64,000 nt of DNA, from positions 8,683 to 72,682 of the forward strand of contig JAGWPW010000056.1 in assembly GCA_028870315.1 (NCBI GenBank). Direction: 5' to 3'. Below, in pieces: positions 11,094 to 20,688 of this stretch. Within the stretch, counting starts at the first letter, position 1; each line of letters opens with the position of its first letter. Under the pieces are notes generated by a model. The model ran no database searches. It was given only the letters and a program-made list of their open reading frames with translations, and was not told where the DNA came from. The position numbers and the translations under genes were made by a program. This DNA is from Sphingomonadales bacterium. Its GTDB lineage: Bacteria; Pseudomonadota; Alphaproteobacteria; Sphingomonadales; Sphingomonadaceae.

Positions 11094-12320
11094 ATGACCT
11101 ATCAATCCACCCTGCTCCGCCTGCTCGACGAGCGTGGCTATATCCACCAGCTGACCGATGCGACGGGGCTCGACGCGCTTGCCGCGCGGCAGGTGGTGCC
11201 GGCCTATATCGGCTTCGATGCGACCGCGCCATCGCTGCATGTCGGCAGCCTCGTCCAGATCATGATGCTGCGCCGGCTTCAGCAGGCGGGGCACAAGCCG
11301 ATCGTGGTGATGGGCGGCGGCACCACCAAGGTCGGCGATCCTTCGGGCAAGGACGAGAGCAGGAAGCTGCTGACCGGCGCGGTCATCAAGGCGAACATCG
11401 CCTCGATCCGCCGCATCTTCGAACGCCTGCTGACCTTCGGCGACGGCCCCACCGACGCGGTGATGGTCGATAATGGCGACTGGCTCGATGCGCTCGGCTA
11501 TGTCGAGCTGCTGCGCGAGGTCGGCCCGCATTTCACCATAAACCGCATGCTCACCTTCGATTCGGTGCGCCTCAGGCTCGATCGCGAGCAGCCGCTGACC
11601 TTTCTCGAATTCAACTACATGATCCTCCAGGCCTATGATTTCCGCGAATTGTCGCGGCGCGCGGGCTGCCGCTTGCAGATGGGCGGATCGGACCAATGGG
11701 GCAATATCGTCAACGGCATCGAACTTGCCCGCCGCTGCGACGGCGCCGAGCTCTACGGCCTGACCACCCCACTCCTGACCACCGCCGATGGCGCCAAGAT
11801 GGGCAAGACCGCCGCGGGCGCGGTGTGGCTCAACGAGGATGCGCTGCCGGCCTATGATTTCTGGCAATATTGGCGCAATTGCGACGATCGCGATGTCGGC
11901 CGCTTCCTGCGGCTGTTCACCGATCTTCCGCTCGCCGAGATCGCCCGGCTCGAAGCGCTCGAAGGCCAGGACATCAATCGCGCCAAGATCGCGCTCGCCG
12001 ATGCAGTGACCACGCTGTGCCGCGGCGAGGATGCGGCGCGCGCCGCGGCGGCAACCGCGGCGGCGACCTTCGATGCCGGCGGCCTCGGCGCCGACCTCCC
12101 GGTGCTCGCACTCCCCGCTTCGGGGATGAGCATCGTCGATGCGCTCGTCGGTATCGGATTTGCGGCGAGCCGTGGCGAAGCCAAGCGGCTTGTCGCCGGC
12201 GGCGGCGCGCGGATCGATGGCGAAGCGGTCGGCGACGAAGCCTTCCACATTGCTGCCGATCGCGGAGAACGGAGGATTTCCGCAGGGAAAAAGCGTCACG
12301 GCGTGCTGCGTCCGGCGTGA
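11094..12320 (+). CDS. tyrS: Tyrosyl-tRNA synthetase
   Basis: [37 protein letters not shown]-terminal S4-like domain. Confidence 0.97.
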   Translation: MTYQSTLLRLLDERGYIHQLTDATGLDALAARQVVPAYIGFDATAPSLHVGSLVQIMMLRRLQQAGHKPIVVMGGGTTKVGDPSGKDESRKLLTGAVIKANIASIRRIFERLLTFGDGPTDAVMVDNGDWLDALGYVELLREVGPHFTINRMLTFDSVRLRLDREQPLTFLEFNYMILQAYDFRELSRRAGCRLQMGGSDQWGNIVNGIELARRCDGAELYGLTTPLLTTADGAKMGKTAAGAVWLNEDALPAYDFWQYWRNCDDRDVGRFLRLFTDLPLAEIARLEALEGQDINRAKIALADAVTTLCRGEDAARAAAATAAATFDAGGLGADLPVLALPASGMSIVDALVGIGFAASRGEAKRLVAGGGARIDGEAVGDEAFHIAADRGERRISAGKKRHGVLRPA

Positions 12321-12419
12321 TCCTGCCGCCGCGCCGGCAACCGCTTGCAGCTTTTACCGAATATTCGGCAATTTCGCGCAGATTGCGCGCCTTCGTTGCG
12401 AAACAAGGATACATTGCCC

Positions 12420-12758
12420 ATGCGAGGGGGAGCCCAGCTCTCGGTCACCGACCTCAGGCGGTCGAACCGTCATCCGGTCGATACGCAGATGCTTGCCGAG
12501 CATCGCAGCCGCGGCGACATCGCGCTGCATATCGTCAATATCTCGGCGCATGGCTTCATGACCCGCACCGAAACCGGCCTCAGCCGTGGCGAGCGGGTGA
12601 TCATCCGCCTTCCCCATGTCGGACGGATCGAGGCGCATCTCATCTGGGCGGTGGACAACCGCGCCGGCTTCCAGTTCGAGCGGATCATCCGCATGGATGA
12701 ATTCAACCGGCTCATCGAATCGCTGCAACCCAACCAGCGGCTGCGCCGGACGCGCTGA
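12420..12758 (+). CDS. PilZ-domain protein (sphingomonad type)
   Basis: RRSNR (RxxxR) followed by NISAHG (D/NxSxxG), and a W....AGFQF beta-barrel pattern. Confidence 0.8.
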   Translation: MRGGAQLSVTDLRRSNRHPVDTQMLAEHRSRGDIALHIVNISAHGFMTRTETGLSRGERVIIRLPHVGRIEAHLIWAVDNRAGFQFERIIRMDEFNRLIESLQPNQRLRRTR

Positions 12759-12837
12759 GCGACGCCAGGCGCTGCGATTTCCGCGCGATCGGCCATCGCG
12801 CCTTGGCAAGCGGCGGCGGCGCTGCCATGCGAGGCGC

Positions 12838-14133
12838 GTGCCCCGCTTGCCGTCCCCGCTTCGCATCACCGGCTTTCGCGCTTTCTGGTTCGCGCGCTTC
12901 GCCTCGGTGATGGCGACCTCGGGCACGGTCGTGGTCATGGGCTACCAGATCTACGATGTCGCGCGCGGCCGCTATGGCATGAGCATCGGTGCCGCCTCGT
13001 TCCAGCTCGGCTTGATGGGGCTGGTGCAGTTCCTGCCGTTTCTGGTTATGACCCCGGTCGCGGGCGTCGCCGCCGACCGGCTCGACCGGCGGCTGGTGAC
13101 CGCGGGCGCGATGGCGGTCGATCTCGCCATCGCGGTCTTGCTGGCGCTCGCCACCGCCGGGCATCGCCTCAGCCTGCCGCTGCTCTTCGGGCTGGGCGGC
13201 GCGCATGGCGTCGCCCGGGTGTTCTTCGGCCCGGCGATGAGCGCGATCACCCCCAATATCGTCCCGTCGGACGCCTTGCCGAAGGCGATCGCACTGTCGT
13301 CGATGGCGATGCAGGCCGGCTCGATCCTCGGCCCGGCGATCGCCGGGCTGGTCTTCGCGATCTATGCGCCGCTCGCCTATGCCGGCGCCGCGCTGCTGCT
13401 TGTCGCCGCGCTCGCGACCATGCTTTGCCTGCGCCCGCTGCCGCCGCCGCCGGGCAACCGCCGCAGCCACCCCTTCCGGATGATGCGCGAAGGCTTCGAC
13501 TATGTCCGCCACCAGCGCTTCCTGCTCGGCTGCGTGACGCTCGATCTCTTCGCGGTGCTGCTGGGCGGGGCGACCGCGCTGCTCCCGGTCTATGCCCGCG
13601 ACCTCCTGTTCTGGAACGGCGCTGCGGTCGGCGCGCATGGGCTGGGGCTGATGCGCGCGGCGCCGGCGCTGGGTGCGGCGCTGACCGCACTCGCGCTTTC
13701 CCGGCGTCCGCTCGTCCATGACGTCGGCGCGAAGATGCTGGTCGCGGTTGCCGCCTATGGCGCAGCAACGCTGGCCTTCGGCCTGTCGCGCAATTTCATC
13801 TTGTCGCTGGCGCTGCTCGCCGCGCTTGGCGCGGCGGACATGATCTCGGTCTATGTCCGCAACAGCCTCGTCCAGCTCAGCACCCCCGATGACCGGCGCG
13901 GTCGGGTCTCGGCGCTCTCGGGGCTGGCGGTGTCCGCCTCGAACGAACTGGGCGAAATGGAATCGGGCACCCTTGCGGCGCTGGTCGGCGCCCCCGCCGC
14001 GGTTGTCATCGGGGGGGTCGGCGCGATAATCGTCACATTGGTCTGGGCATGGCTGTTTCCCGAGATTCGGCGGGCACGCAGCTTCACCCCGCAGATCGCC
14101 CCGCAGATCGCACAGTCGGAGAGCGTGCTATGA
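12838..14133 (+). CDS. MFS transporter (EntS/MFS_3-like)
   Basis: G..ADRLDRR motif A, about 12 hydrophobic segments, RGRV. GTG start estimated. Confidence 0.88.
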   Translation: MPRLPSPLRITGFRAFWFARFASVMATSGTVVVMGYQIYDVARGRYGMSIGAASFQLGLMGLVQFLPFLVMTPVAGVAADRLDRRLVTAGAMAVDLAIAVLLALATAGHRLSLPLLFGLGGAHGVARVFFGPAMSAITPNIVPSDALPKAIALSSMAMQAGSILGPAIAGLVFAIYAPLAYAGAALLLVAALATMLCLRPLPPPPGNRRSHPFRMMREGFDYVRHQRFLLGCVTLDLFAVLLGGATALLPVYARDLLFWNGAAVGAHGLGLMRAAPALGAALTALALSRRPLVHDVGAKMLVAVAAYGAATLAFGLSRNFILSLALLAALGAADMISVYVRNSLVQLSTPDDRRGRVSALSGLAVSASNELGEMESGTLAALVGAPAAVVIGGVGAIIVTLVWAWLFPEIRRARSFTPQIAPQIAQSESVL

Positions 14134-15047
14134 AGGCAGAATCCATTCTCGCCACTATCGGCCAGACCCCGCATGTCCGCCTCGCGCGGCTGTTTCCCGA
14201 CCGCGAGGTCTGGGTGAAATGCGAAAGGGCGAACCCCGGCGGTTCGATCAAGGACCGCATCGCGCTTGCCATGATCGAGGACGCGGAGTCGAACGGCAGC
14301 CTCAAGCCGGGCGGCACCATCGTCGAGCCGACCTCGGGGAACACCGGTATCGGGCTTGCCATGGTCGCGGCGGTCAAGGGCTACCGGCTGGTGCTGGTAA
14401 TGCCCGATTCGATGTCGATCGAACGCCGCCGGCTGATGCTTGCCTATGGCGCCAGCTTCGACCTCACCCCGCGCGAAAAGGGCATGAAAGGCGCGATCGA
14501 GCGCGCGCAGCAGATCCTTGCCGAAACCCCCGGCGCGTGGATGCCGCAGCAGTTCGACAATCCCGCGAACATCACTGTCCACCAGCGCGCCACCGCTGCC
14601 GAAATCCTTGCCGATTTTACCGAGACGCCGATCGACGTCCTCATCACCGGGGTCGGGACCGGCGGGCATCTCACCGGCTGCGCCGAGGTGCTCAAGGCGC
14701 GATGGCCCGCGCTCCGGGCCTATGCGGTCGAACCCACGCTTTCGCCGGTGATTTCGGGCGGGCAGCCGGGGCCGCATCCGATTCAGGGAATCGGCGCCGG
14801 CTTCATTCCCGCGAACCTTCACACCCAGGCGATCGACGGTGCGATTCAGGTCGAGGCCGGCGATGCCCGCGAATGGGCGCGGCGCGCGGCGCGCGAGGAA
14901 GGGCTGCTCGTCGGCATCAGCTCGGGCGCGACCCTTGCCGCGATCGCGCAGAAGCTGCCCGAGCTCGACCCCGCGGCACGGGTGCTCGGCTTCAACTATG
15001 ACACCGGCGAGCGCTATCTCTCGGTGCCCGATTTCCTGCCCGAGTGA
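14130..15047 (+). CDS. cysK: Cysteine synthase A
   Basis: [11 protein letters not shown] (PLP lysine), [31 protein letters not shown]. Confidence 0.95.
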   Translation: MKAESILATIGQTPHVRLARLFPDREVWVKCERANPGGSIKDRIALAMIEDAESNGSLKPGGTIVEPTSGNTGIGLAMVAAVKGYRLVLVMPDSMSIERRRLMLAYGASFDLTPREKGMKGAIERAQQILAETPGAWMPQQFDNPANITVHQRATAAEILADFTETPIDVLITGVGTGGHLTGCAEVLKARWPALRAYAVEPTLSPVISGGQPGPHPIQGIGAGFIPANLHTQAIDGAIQVEAGDAREWARRAAREEGLLVGISSGATLAAIAQKLPELDPAARVLGFNYDTGERYLSVPDFLPE

Positions 15048-15760
15048 CCGGGGTGCCCACGCTCGAACCGCTCTCCTACCGCGACGGCGCGCTGGCGCTG
15101 ACCGGCTGGCTCGCCCGGCCGGACGGACCACCGCGCGCCGGCGTCGTGATCTATCCGACGATCACCAATGTCACCCCCCATGTCGAGGAACGCGCGCGCC
15201 GCATGGCGGCGGCGGGCTATCTCGCGCTGGTCGCCGATTTCTATGGCGAGCCGGTCGCCGATTTCGCCGCCTCGCGCCCGCTCGCCGAAAGCTTGCGCTG
15301 CGATCCGGCGCGATACCGGCAGCGCCTGCTTGCCGCGCTCGAAGCGCTGCGCGCGCACGGCGGCAGGCTGCCGCTCGCGGCGATGGGCTTCTGCATGGGC
15401 GGGCAGGCTGCGCTTGAGGTCGCGCGCAGCGGCGCGGCGATCGGCGCGGCGGTCAGCTTTCACGGGCTTCTCGACACCGCGCTTCCCGCCGAGCCGGGCG
15501 CGATCCGCGCGCGCCTGCTGATCTGCCACGGCGATGCCGACCCGATGGTGCCACGCGACCAGGTTGGCCGCTTCCAGGCGGAGATGGACCACGCCGGCGC
15601 GCATTGGCACCTGCATGCCTATAGCGGCGTCCGGCATGGCTTCACCGATCCGGGCAGCGACGCGCGCGGGCTCGCCGCGATCGCCTATGACCGCAGCGCC
15701 GACCGCCAGAGCTGGGCGGCGATGCATGGTTTTCTCGACGAGATTCTCGGCGAGGGTTGA
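15044..15760 (+). CDS. Dienelactone hydrolase family protein
   Basis: GFCMGG nucleophile elbow, HGDADP, HGF. GTGA overlap with cysK. Confidence 0.88.
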   Translation: MTGVPTLEPLSYRDGALALTGWLARPDGPPRAGVVIYPTITNVTPHVEERARRMAAAGYLALVADFYGEPVADFAASRPLAESLRCDPARYRQRLLAALEALRAHGGRLPLAAMGFCMGGQAALEVARSGAAIGAAVSFHGLLDTALPAEPGAIRARLLICHGDADPMVPRDQVGRFQAEMDHAGAHWHLHAYSGVRHGFTDPGSDARGLAAIAYDRSADRQSWAAMHGFLDEILGEG

Positions 15761-15782
15761 GCACGGCGCGGCGCGCCCCGGC

Positions 15783-16157
15783 TCAGCGTTCGATCCGCTC
15801 CAGCCCATCGCCCGTCAGGCTTCGGTAGAAGCAGCTGACCGCGCCGGTGTGGCAAGCTGGGCCTTCGGGCACCACGCACAGCAGCAGCGCGTCCTGATCG
15901 CAATCGACGCGGATCTCCTCCACCCGCAGCACATGGCCCGAAGTCTCGCCCTTCATCCACAGCCGCCCGCGCGAGCGCGAATGGAAATGGGCAAGCCCGG
16001 TCTCGCGGGTTTTCGCAAGCGCTTCGGCATCCATCCACGCCAGCATCAGCACCTCGCGCGAGCGCGAATCGACCGCAATCGCCGCGATCAGTCCCTTGTC
16101 GTCGAAACGCGGCAGGAAGTCCCTTCCCTGCTCGCGCGCTGCCCCTGCCTCATTCAT
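15783..16157 (-). CDS. hisI: Phosphoribosyl-AMP cyclohydrolase
   Basis: SRSR..LW.KGETSG, DCDQD, ACHTG..SCF. Confidence 0.95.
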   Translation of the reverse strand: MNEAGAAREQGRDFLPRFDDKGLIAAIAVDSRSREVLMLAWMDAEALAKTRETGLAHFHSRSRGRLWMKGETSGHVLRVEEIRVDCDQDALLLCVVPEGPACHTGAVSCFYRSLTGDGLERIER

Positions 16158-16282
16158 TCATCGCTGCCTGATGGTAAGCTGCCAGTTGTTGCACGATAAC
16201 CACATATGATGACCAAAATCCACCGATCGCGGCAATCAAGCTTTATCTTGGCGCGGATTCGGGCGAAAAAAATTTCACGGTC

Positions 16283-16483
16283 TTGAGGGAGGTCGCATCC
16301 GCGCAAGCCGGATCGGAGACGGGGCCGCTGGCCTCAATCCGGTTTGGCAAAGCCATGGTTCAGGGTAAAAGTCGGCAGCTTCCGGGGCCGATTTCAGGAA
16401 AGGCACAAAGCCTTTCACCAAGCCGCACAGGCGGACAGTTTCGTCACGAAGGCGCCCGGGCTTCACGCCCGGGCGTTCTTTTT
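16283..16483 (+). ncRNA. Putative structured non-coding RNA, family not recognised
   Basis: Intergenic and free of a credible ORF. It has a series of perfect or near-perfect hairpins (ttgagg/cctcaa enclosing atccg/cggat; ggc-aaa-gcc; aagtcggc/gccgattt; gaaaggc/gcctttc; ccgc/gcgg; ttcg/cgaa) and ends in a 10-bp stem plus T-tract. The 5' end is uncertain. Confidence 0.6.
16452..16483 (+). terminator. Rho-independent terminator
   Basis: gcgcccgggc-ttcac-gcccgggcgt followed by tcttttt. Confidence 0.85.
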
Positions 16484-16512
16484 GGTCAAGGCCGCAGCCA
16501 GGCTGAAAGCGC

Positions 16513-17133
16513 TCAACCCGGAAGGCCCGGAGAATCGCTTTCGAGCCACAGCGCATCGACCAGCGAATCGACCAGCGTGAAGTCGGCGGTGTCATGGCCC
16601 GGGTCGAAGCGGCTGAGCGCGAGCTTCCTGGAACGCGGGTCGATCAGCCGGCGGCGCAAGGCGCGCTGGAGGAGGGTCAGCCCGGCGATCGCATCGCCCT
16701 GCGCACCCTGCGGCCGCCGGCCGCGGTTGAGCGACCAATAGGCTTCGAGCTGGCCGACACGCTCGATCACCATCGAATTGTAATCGCGGTGCGGCCCGCG
16801 ATGCAGCGGCAGGCCGCTGCGCAACGCGGCGTCTTCTTCGGCGGGGAGCAGCAGCCCGTTGCTGCGAAAATCCTCAATACCCGGCCAGTCGCCATCGAGC
16901 GCGGCGAACAGCGGTGCGAAACATTTGCGCCGCAGCAGCTCACGCGGCAGGAGATGATGGCGTTGCAATTGCGGGTCGTAGCCGGGATGCTCGGGGCGGT
17001 TCACGGTGCGGAATGGAAGCTCCTTGCGCCGCGCCGCCGCCTTCGCGATCAGCCCGTCATGGAGCTGCGCGACGCGTGCCGGCCGGCGCGGCTTTCGACG
17101 CACGGCAACGGCGGTGGTCAGCGCGGACGGCAT
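16513..17133 (-). CDS. Stand-alone AHH-family HNH/EndoVII nuclease
   Basis: QRHHLLP (AHH-like), FRSNGLLLP, LHRGPHRDYN. Start estimated (ATG 17133). Confidence 0.8.
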   Translation of the reverse strand: MPSALTTAVAVRRKPRRPARVAQLHDGLIAKAAARRKELPFRTVNRPEHPGYDPQLQRHHLLPRELLRRKCFAPLFAALDGDWPGIEDFRSNGLLLPAEEDAALRSGLPLHRGPHRDYNSMVIERVGQLEAYWSLNRGRRPQGAQGDAIAGLTLLQRALRRRLIDPRSRKLALSRFDPGHDTADFTLVDSLVDALWLESDSPGLPG

Positions 17134-17858
17134 ACCATGAGCATCGTCTTGTCCCCCTGCGGGGCGATACGCAAGCGTTCGCCATCGACGCCGCCAATAT
17201 CGATTGCATCGTCTAGGCGGCCAGATTCTACCAATTGGTGAATGAGCCGGGTGGCCAGCCGGGCTTCCTCGCGCGGGCTGTCGCAGGTTCCGGGCGCGAT
17301 GGTCAATTCCTGCCCGGTGAAGAAGGCCAGCCCCTCGCTCTCGATCGCGCCTTGCGCATTGCGCGCCAGCGCGGCGAGCCCGAGCGCCGGAAACGCCCCG
17401 CCGCCAAGCCAGCCGCGGATCGCGGCGATGAAGATCGCCGGCGCCATCGCCGAGCGGGCGGGCTCCCAGCACACCGCCACAATCCCGTCGAGCGCGGCAA
17501 GCGCCGCCGCGATTGCCGCGCCGGCCCGCACCACCGGCAACATGCGTTCACCCCCGGCGAGATGCACCGTCGGGGCGAGCGCGACGGCTTCGCCGACAAG
17601 GCTTGCATCCGCCGCCAAGCCGAAGCGATGCGCGATGCGCGGCGCTGGCGCGGGCTTGCCCGGCGCCAGCCCGGTGAGATCGAAGGTGAGGCCGGTCTGG
17701 ATGACTTCGAGCCAGCCCTGATCGCCGGCTGGCGCGTGGCTGATCGCAAAGCCGGGCAGACCTGCGGCGCGGGCCGCCACCTGCGCGACCGCATCGGCGC
17801 GCGGCCGCGAGCCGGCAGGGAACAGGAACGAAAAACCCGATGGCATTCTTGCATCCAT
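17118..17858 (-). CDS. Hypothetical protein, weakly DUF4261-like at the C-terminus (possible immunity-type protein)
   Basis: The ORF overlaps the AHH gene start by 16 nt. C-terminal SEGLAFFTGQEL...LIHQLV..G resembles the T.GL..F...E pattern of DUF4261. The family call is tentative. Confidence 0.55.
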   Translation of the reverse strand: MDARMPSGFSFLFPAGSRPRADAVAQVAARAAGLPGFAISHAPAGDQGWLEVIQTGLTFDLTGLAPGKPAPAPRIAHRFGLAADASLVGEAVALAPTVHLAGGERMLPVVRAGAAIAAALAALDGIVAVCWEPARSAMAPAIFIAAIRGWLGGGAFPALGLAALARNAQGAIESEGLAFFTGQELTIAPGTCDSPREEARLATRLIHQLVESGRLDDAIDIGGVDGERLRIAPQGDKTMLMVCRPR

Positions 17859-18089
17859 CCTGTCTTCGGGCGTGGAGTTGCGCACCATGTCCTTGTCAGG
17901 TTTCGGCCTTGGCCTGCGCTTTTGCCATGGATTCGTCGAGCCTCGTAGTGGTGATTGCTCCGGAACGGGACGAGATGCGAGCCTGTGCCGGAAGGCGCGA
18001 AAGCGCGCTGCCGGGGTGGGCAATGGCCAAATTTCGCCGTTTTCGGCGGGTCGAAGGCCAGCTAAGGCGATTTTCGCACGGATTCGCCC

Positions 18090-18584
18090 TCAGAAAACCC
18101 CCATGGCGAGCCCCGCCATCAGCGTCGCGCCAAGCTCGCGGCTGCGCGCGAGATCGGCCGCGCAGACGTGCTTGGGCGCGAGGATTTGCGCCGGGGTCTG
18201 CGCATCGAGGCACACGATCAGGCTTTCAGCGACCCGGCGCAGCCGCCAGCCCGTGACGATGCGGTCGATTTGCGCCTCGGCGCCGCGTCCGTCGCTGCCC
18301 GCCGCGATCGCGGTCGCATAGGGCCGGCCCTCGATTCGGCCGAGCAGCGGATAATAGGCGCGGTCGAACATCTCCTTCATCGCGCCCGACAGGCTGCCGA
18401 GATTTTCGGGGCAGACGAAAAGATAGCCGGTGGCGGCGGCGAGTTCGTCGGGCCGGACCCTGGCCGCGGCGAGCAGACGCACGGCCGGCGCGACCGCGCG
18501 CGCGCCGGCCGCCGCTGCGCGCGCCATCGCTTGGGCGGCACCCGTGCGGCTGTGCCAGACGATCGCCAGGGTCGCCGCGCTCAT
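18090..18584 (-). CDS. Flavodoxin-like / NADPH-dependent FMN reductase family protein
   Basis: HSRTG FMN loop, PENLGSLSGAMKEMFDR, AGSDG. Confidence 0.85.
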   Translation of the reverse strand: MSAATLAIVWHSRTGAAQAMARAAAAGARAVAPAVRLLAAARVRPDELAAATGYLFVCPENLGSLSGAMKEMFDRAYYPLLGRIEGRPYATAIAAGSDGRGAEAQIDRIVTGWRLRRVAESLIVCLDAQTPAQILAPKHVCAADLARSRELGATLMAGLAMGVF

Positions 18585-18668
18585 GCGGCGTCGCCGCGAG
18601 GATCGAGCGACCGTGGACAGCGCCGCCCGCGCGATAGCCGGCGGCGCGGCGCTCGGTTAGAAGGCGCC

Positions 18669-20447
18669 ATGGCGTCGCATCCGCATTCCATTCTCGGGCT
18701 CGGGCCGTCGCTGGGCGGGCGCAGCTGGCGCTGGCGCGGCAGCAACATGGATCTGGGCGAAAACGGACCCGATCTTGCCGATGATCTCGTCACCCGGATG
18801 TATCTTGCCCGCGGCGTCGCGCGCGAGCACGTCGAACGGCACCACCGGCCGACGTTGCGCGCCTTTCTGCCCGACCCGTCGGCGTTTCGCGACATGGAGG
18901 CCGCCGCCGACCGGCTCGCGCAGGCGGTGCTGACGCGCGAGACGGTCACCATCTATGGCGATTACGACGTCGATGGCGCGACCAGCGCAGCGCTGCTCAT
19001 CCGTCTGCTGCGGATGCTGGGTCACGACGCCAGGGCCTATATCCCCGACCGGCTGCTCGAAGGCTATGGCCCGAGCGGGGCGGCGCTGCTGCGTCTGGCC
19101 GAGGATGGCAGCAGCCTCGTCGTCACCGTCGATTGCGGCGCCATGGCGCATGAGGCGCTGGCGATGGCGCATGCCGCCGGGGTCGATGTGATCGTTGTCG
19201 ATCATCACAAATGCGCTGCGGAACTGCCGCGCGCGGTGGCGATGGTCAACCCCAATCGGCTCGACGAGGGCGAGATCGCCGCCGCGCAGGGCCATCTCGC
19301 CGCGGTGGGCGTCGCCTTTCTGCTGGCCGTGGCGACGGTACGCACGCTGCGCCGGCGCGGTTGGGACGGGCCGGAACCCGACCTGTTCGGACTGCTCGAT
19401 CTCGTCGCGCTCGGCACCGTCGCCGATGTCGCCGCGCTCCATGGGGTCAACCGCGCTTTCGTCGCGCAGGGCCTGAAGGTGATGGCGCGCCGCGCCAATA
19501 TCGGCCTTGCCGCGTTGGTCGACGCGAGCCGCCTGACCCGCGCGCCGACATGCAGCGATCTCGGTTTCGCGCTCGGGCCCAGGGTCAACGCCGGCGGCCG
19601 CGTCGGCGAGGCCTCGCTCGGGGTGCGGCTGCTCACCACCAAAAGTCCCGAGGAGGCGCAGGCGATCGCCGCCGAGCTGTCGCGGCTCAACGAGGAACGC
19701 CGCGCGATCGAGGCTGTGGTCCAGAGCGAGGCCGAGGCACAGGTCGCCGGCCAGCACAACCGCGCGGTTCTGGTGCTCGCCGGCCGGGGCTGGCATCCGG
19801 GAGTGATCGGCATCGTCGCCGGCCGGATCAAGGAGGCGACCGGCAAGCCGACGCTGGTGATCGCGCTCGGTGGCGATGGCGGCGATGCCAAGGGGTCGGG
19901 GCGCTCGATCGCCGGGGTCGATCTCGGCGCGGCGATCATCACCGCGCGCGACGAGGGGCTGCTGCTCGCGGGCGGCGGCCATGCCATGGCGGCCGGGCTG
20001 ACCATCGCCCCGCAGGCGATCGAAACCTTCGCCGCCTGGCTCGACAACAGGCTCGCCCGCGATGTCGCGGCGGCGCGGATCGGCCAGGCGCTGACCCTCG
20101 ATCTTGCGCTCGCGCCGCGCGGGCTCACCCCCGATCTCGTCGATCTTCTCGACAGCATCGGCCCGTTCGGGGTCGGCTGGCCGGCGCCGCGGCTGGCGGT
20201 TGGTCCGGTGCGACTGGTGCGGGCAGAGCCGGTCGGCCGCGATCACGTCCGGGTCATCGCCAGCGGGCTTGATGGCGCCAGCTTCAAGGCGATCGCCTTT
20301 CGCGCCGCGGATAGCCCGCTCGGCCAGGCGCTGCTCCATGGCGGGCGCGAGCGTCGGCTGTGGCTTGCCGGCCGCGCGCGCCGCGACGACTGGGGCGCAA
20401 GGCCCGCGGCCGAACTCCACATCGAGGATGCCGCCTTCCTCGACTGA
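18669..20447 (+). CDS. recJ: Single-stranded DNA exonuclease RecJ
   Basis: GDYDVDG, TVDCG, DHH, DLVALGTVADV, GSGRS, GGHAMAAG. Confidence 0.96.
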   Translation: MASHPHSILGLGPSLGGRSWRWRGSNMDLGENGPDLADDLVTRMYLARGVAREHVERHHRPTLRAFLPDPSAFRDMEAAADRLAQAVLTRETVTIYGDYDVDGATSAALLIRLLRMLGHDARAYIPDRLLEGYGPSGAALLRLAEDGSSLVVTVDCGAMAHEALAMAHAAGVDVIVVDHHKCAAELPRAVAMVNPNRLDEGEIAAAQGHLAAVGVAFLLAVATVRTLRRRGWDGPEPDLFGLLDLVALGTVADVAALHGVNRAFVAQGLKVMARRANIGLAALVDASRLTRAPTCSDLGFALGPRVNAGGRVGEASLGVRLLTTKSPEEAQAIAAELSRLNEERRAIEAVVQSEAEAQVAGQHNRAVLVLAGRGWHPGVIGIVAGRIKEATGKPTLVIALGGDGGDAKGSGRSIAGVDLGAAIITARDEGLLLAGGGHAMAAGLTIAPQAIETFAAWLDNRLARDVAAARIGQALTLDLALAPRGLTPDLVDLLDSIGPFGVGWPAPRLAVGPVRLVRAEPVGRDHVRVIASGLDGASFKAIAFRAADSPLGQALLHGGRERRLWLAGRARRDDWGARPAAELHIEDAAFLD

Positions 20448-20542
20448 GGCGATCGGCGCCGGCTCGCGCGCGCCCGCGCGGGGCTTGACCCCCCGCCCCG
20501 CCCCGCTTACAGGCGCGGCCTTGCCAAGCCGCCTGGCGGCAT

Positions 20543-20617
20543 GGCCCCTTCGTCTAGCGGTCAGGACGCGGCCCTTTCACGGCTGAAACACGGGTTCGAT
20601 TCCCGTAGGGGTCACCA
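20543..20617 (+). tRNA. tRNA-Glu, anticodon UUC
   Basis: 75-nt cloverleaf with acceptor GGCCCCT/AGGGGTC, loop CTTTCAC (TTC at 20576-20578), GGTTCGATTCC and an encoded CCA. Confidence 0.97.
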
Positions 20618-20688
20618 GCCAGGCGGTCGGGCAGCAATCACTATGGTTTCTGGCAGGGGCTGTGCTATGCGGCCGGTCTCCCGCTTGC

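Noticed and set aside
16283-16483. Permuted tmRNA, glycine or c-di-GMP riboswitch, SRP, 6S or RNase P identity for the structured element
   Set aside because: GGGGCCGA is present but there is no T-arm/CCA piece or ANDN-type tag. There is no GGAGA...CCGAAG glycine core, no SRP GGAAG-CAGC loop in the right context, and no downstream + strand gene for a riboswitch.
16206-16741. Small ORFs in the hisI-AHH gap (MMTKIH..., 16283-16741, 16344-16580, 16275-16595)
   Set aside because: They have no convincing RBS or family motif, atypical codon usage, and they run through the terminator or overlap the AHH gene.
17896-17928. 10-codon ORF MAKAQAKAET on the minus strand upstream of the 17118-17858 gene
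   Set aside because: It is too short to support without ribosome profiling or conservation data, although a leader peptide cannot be excluded.
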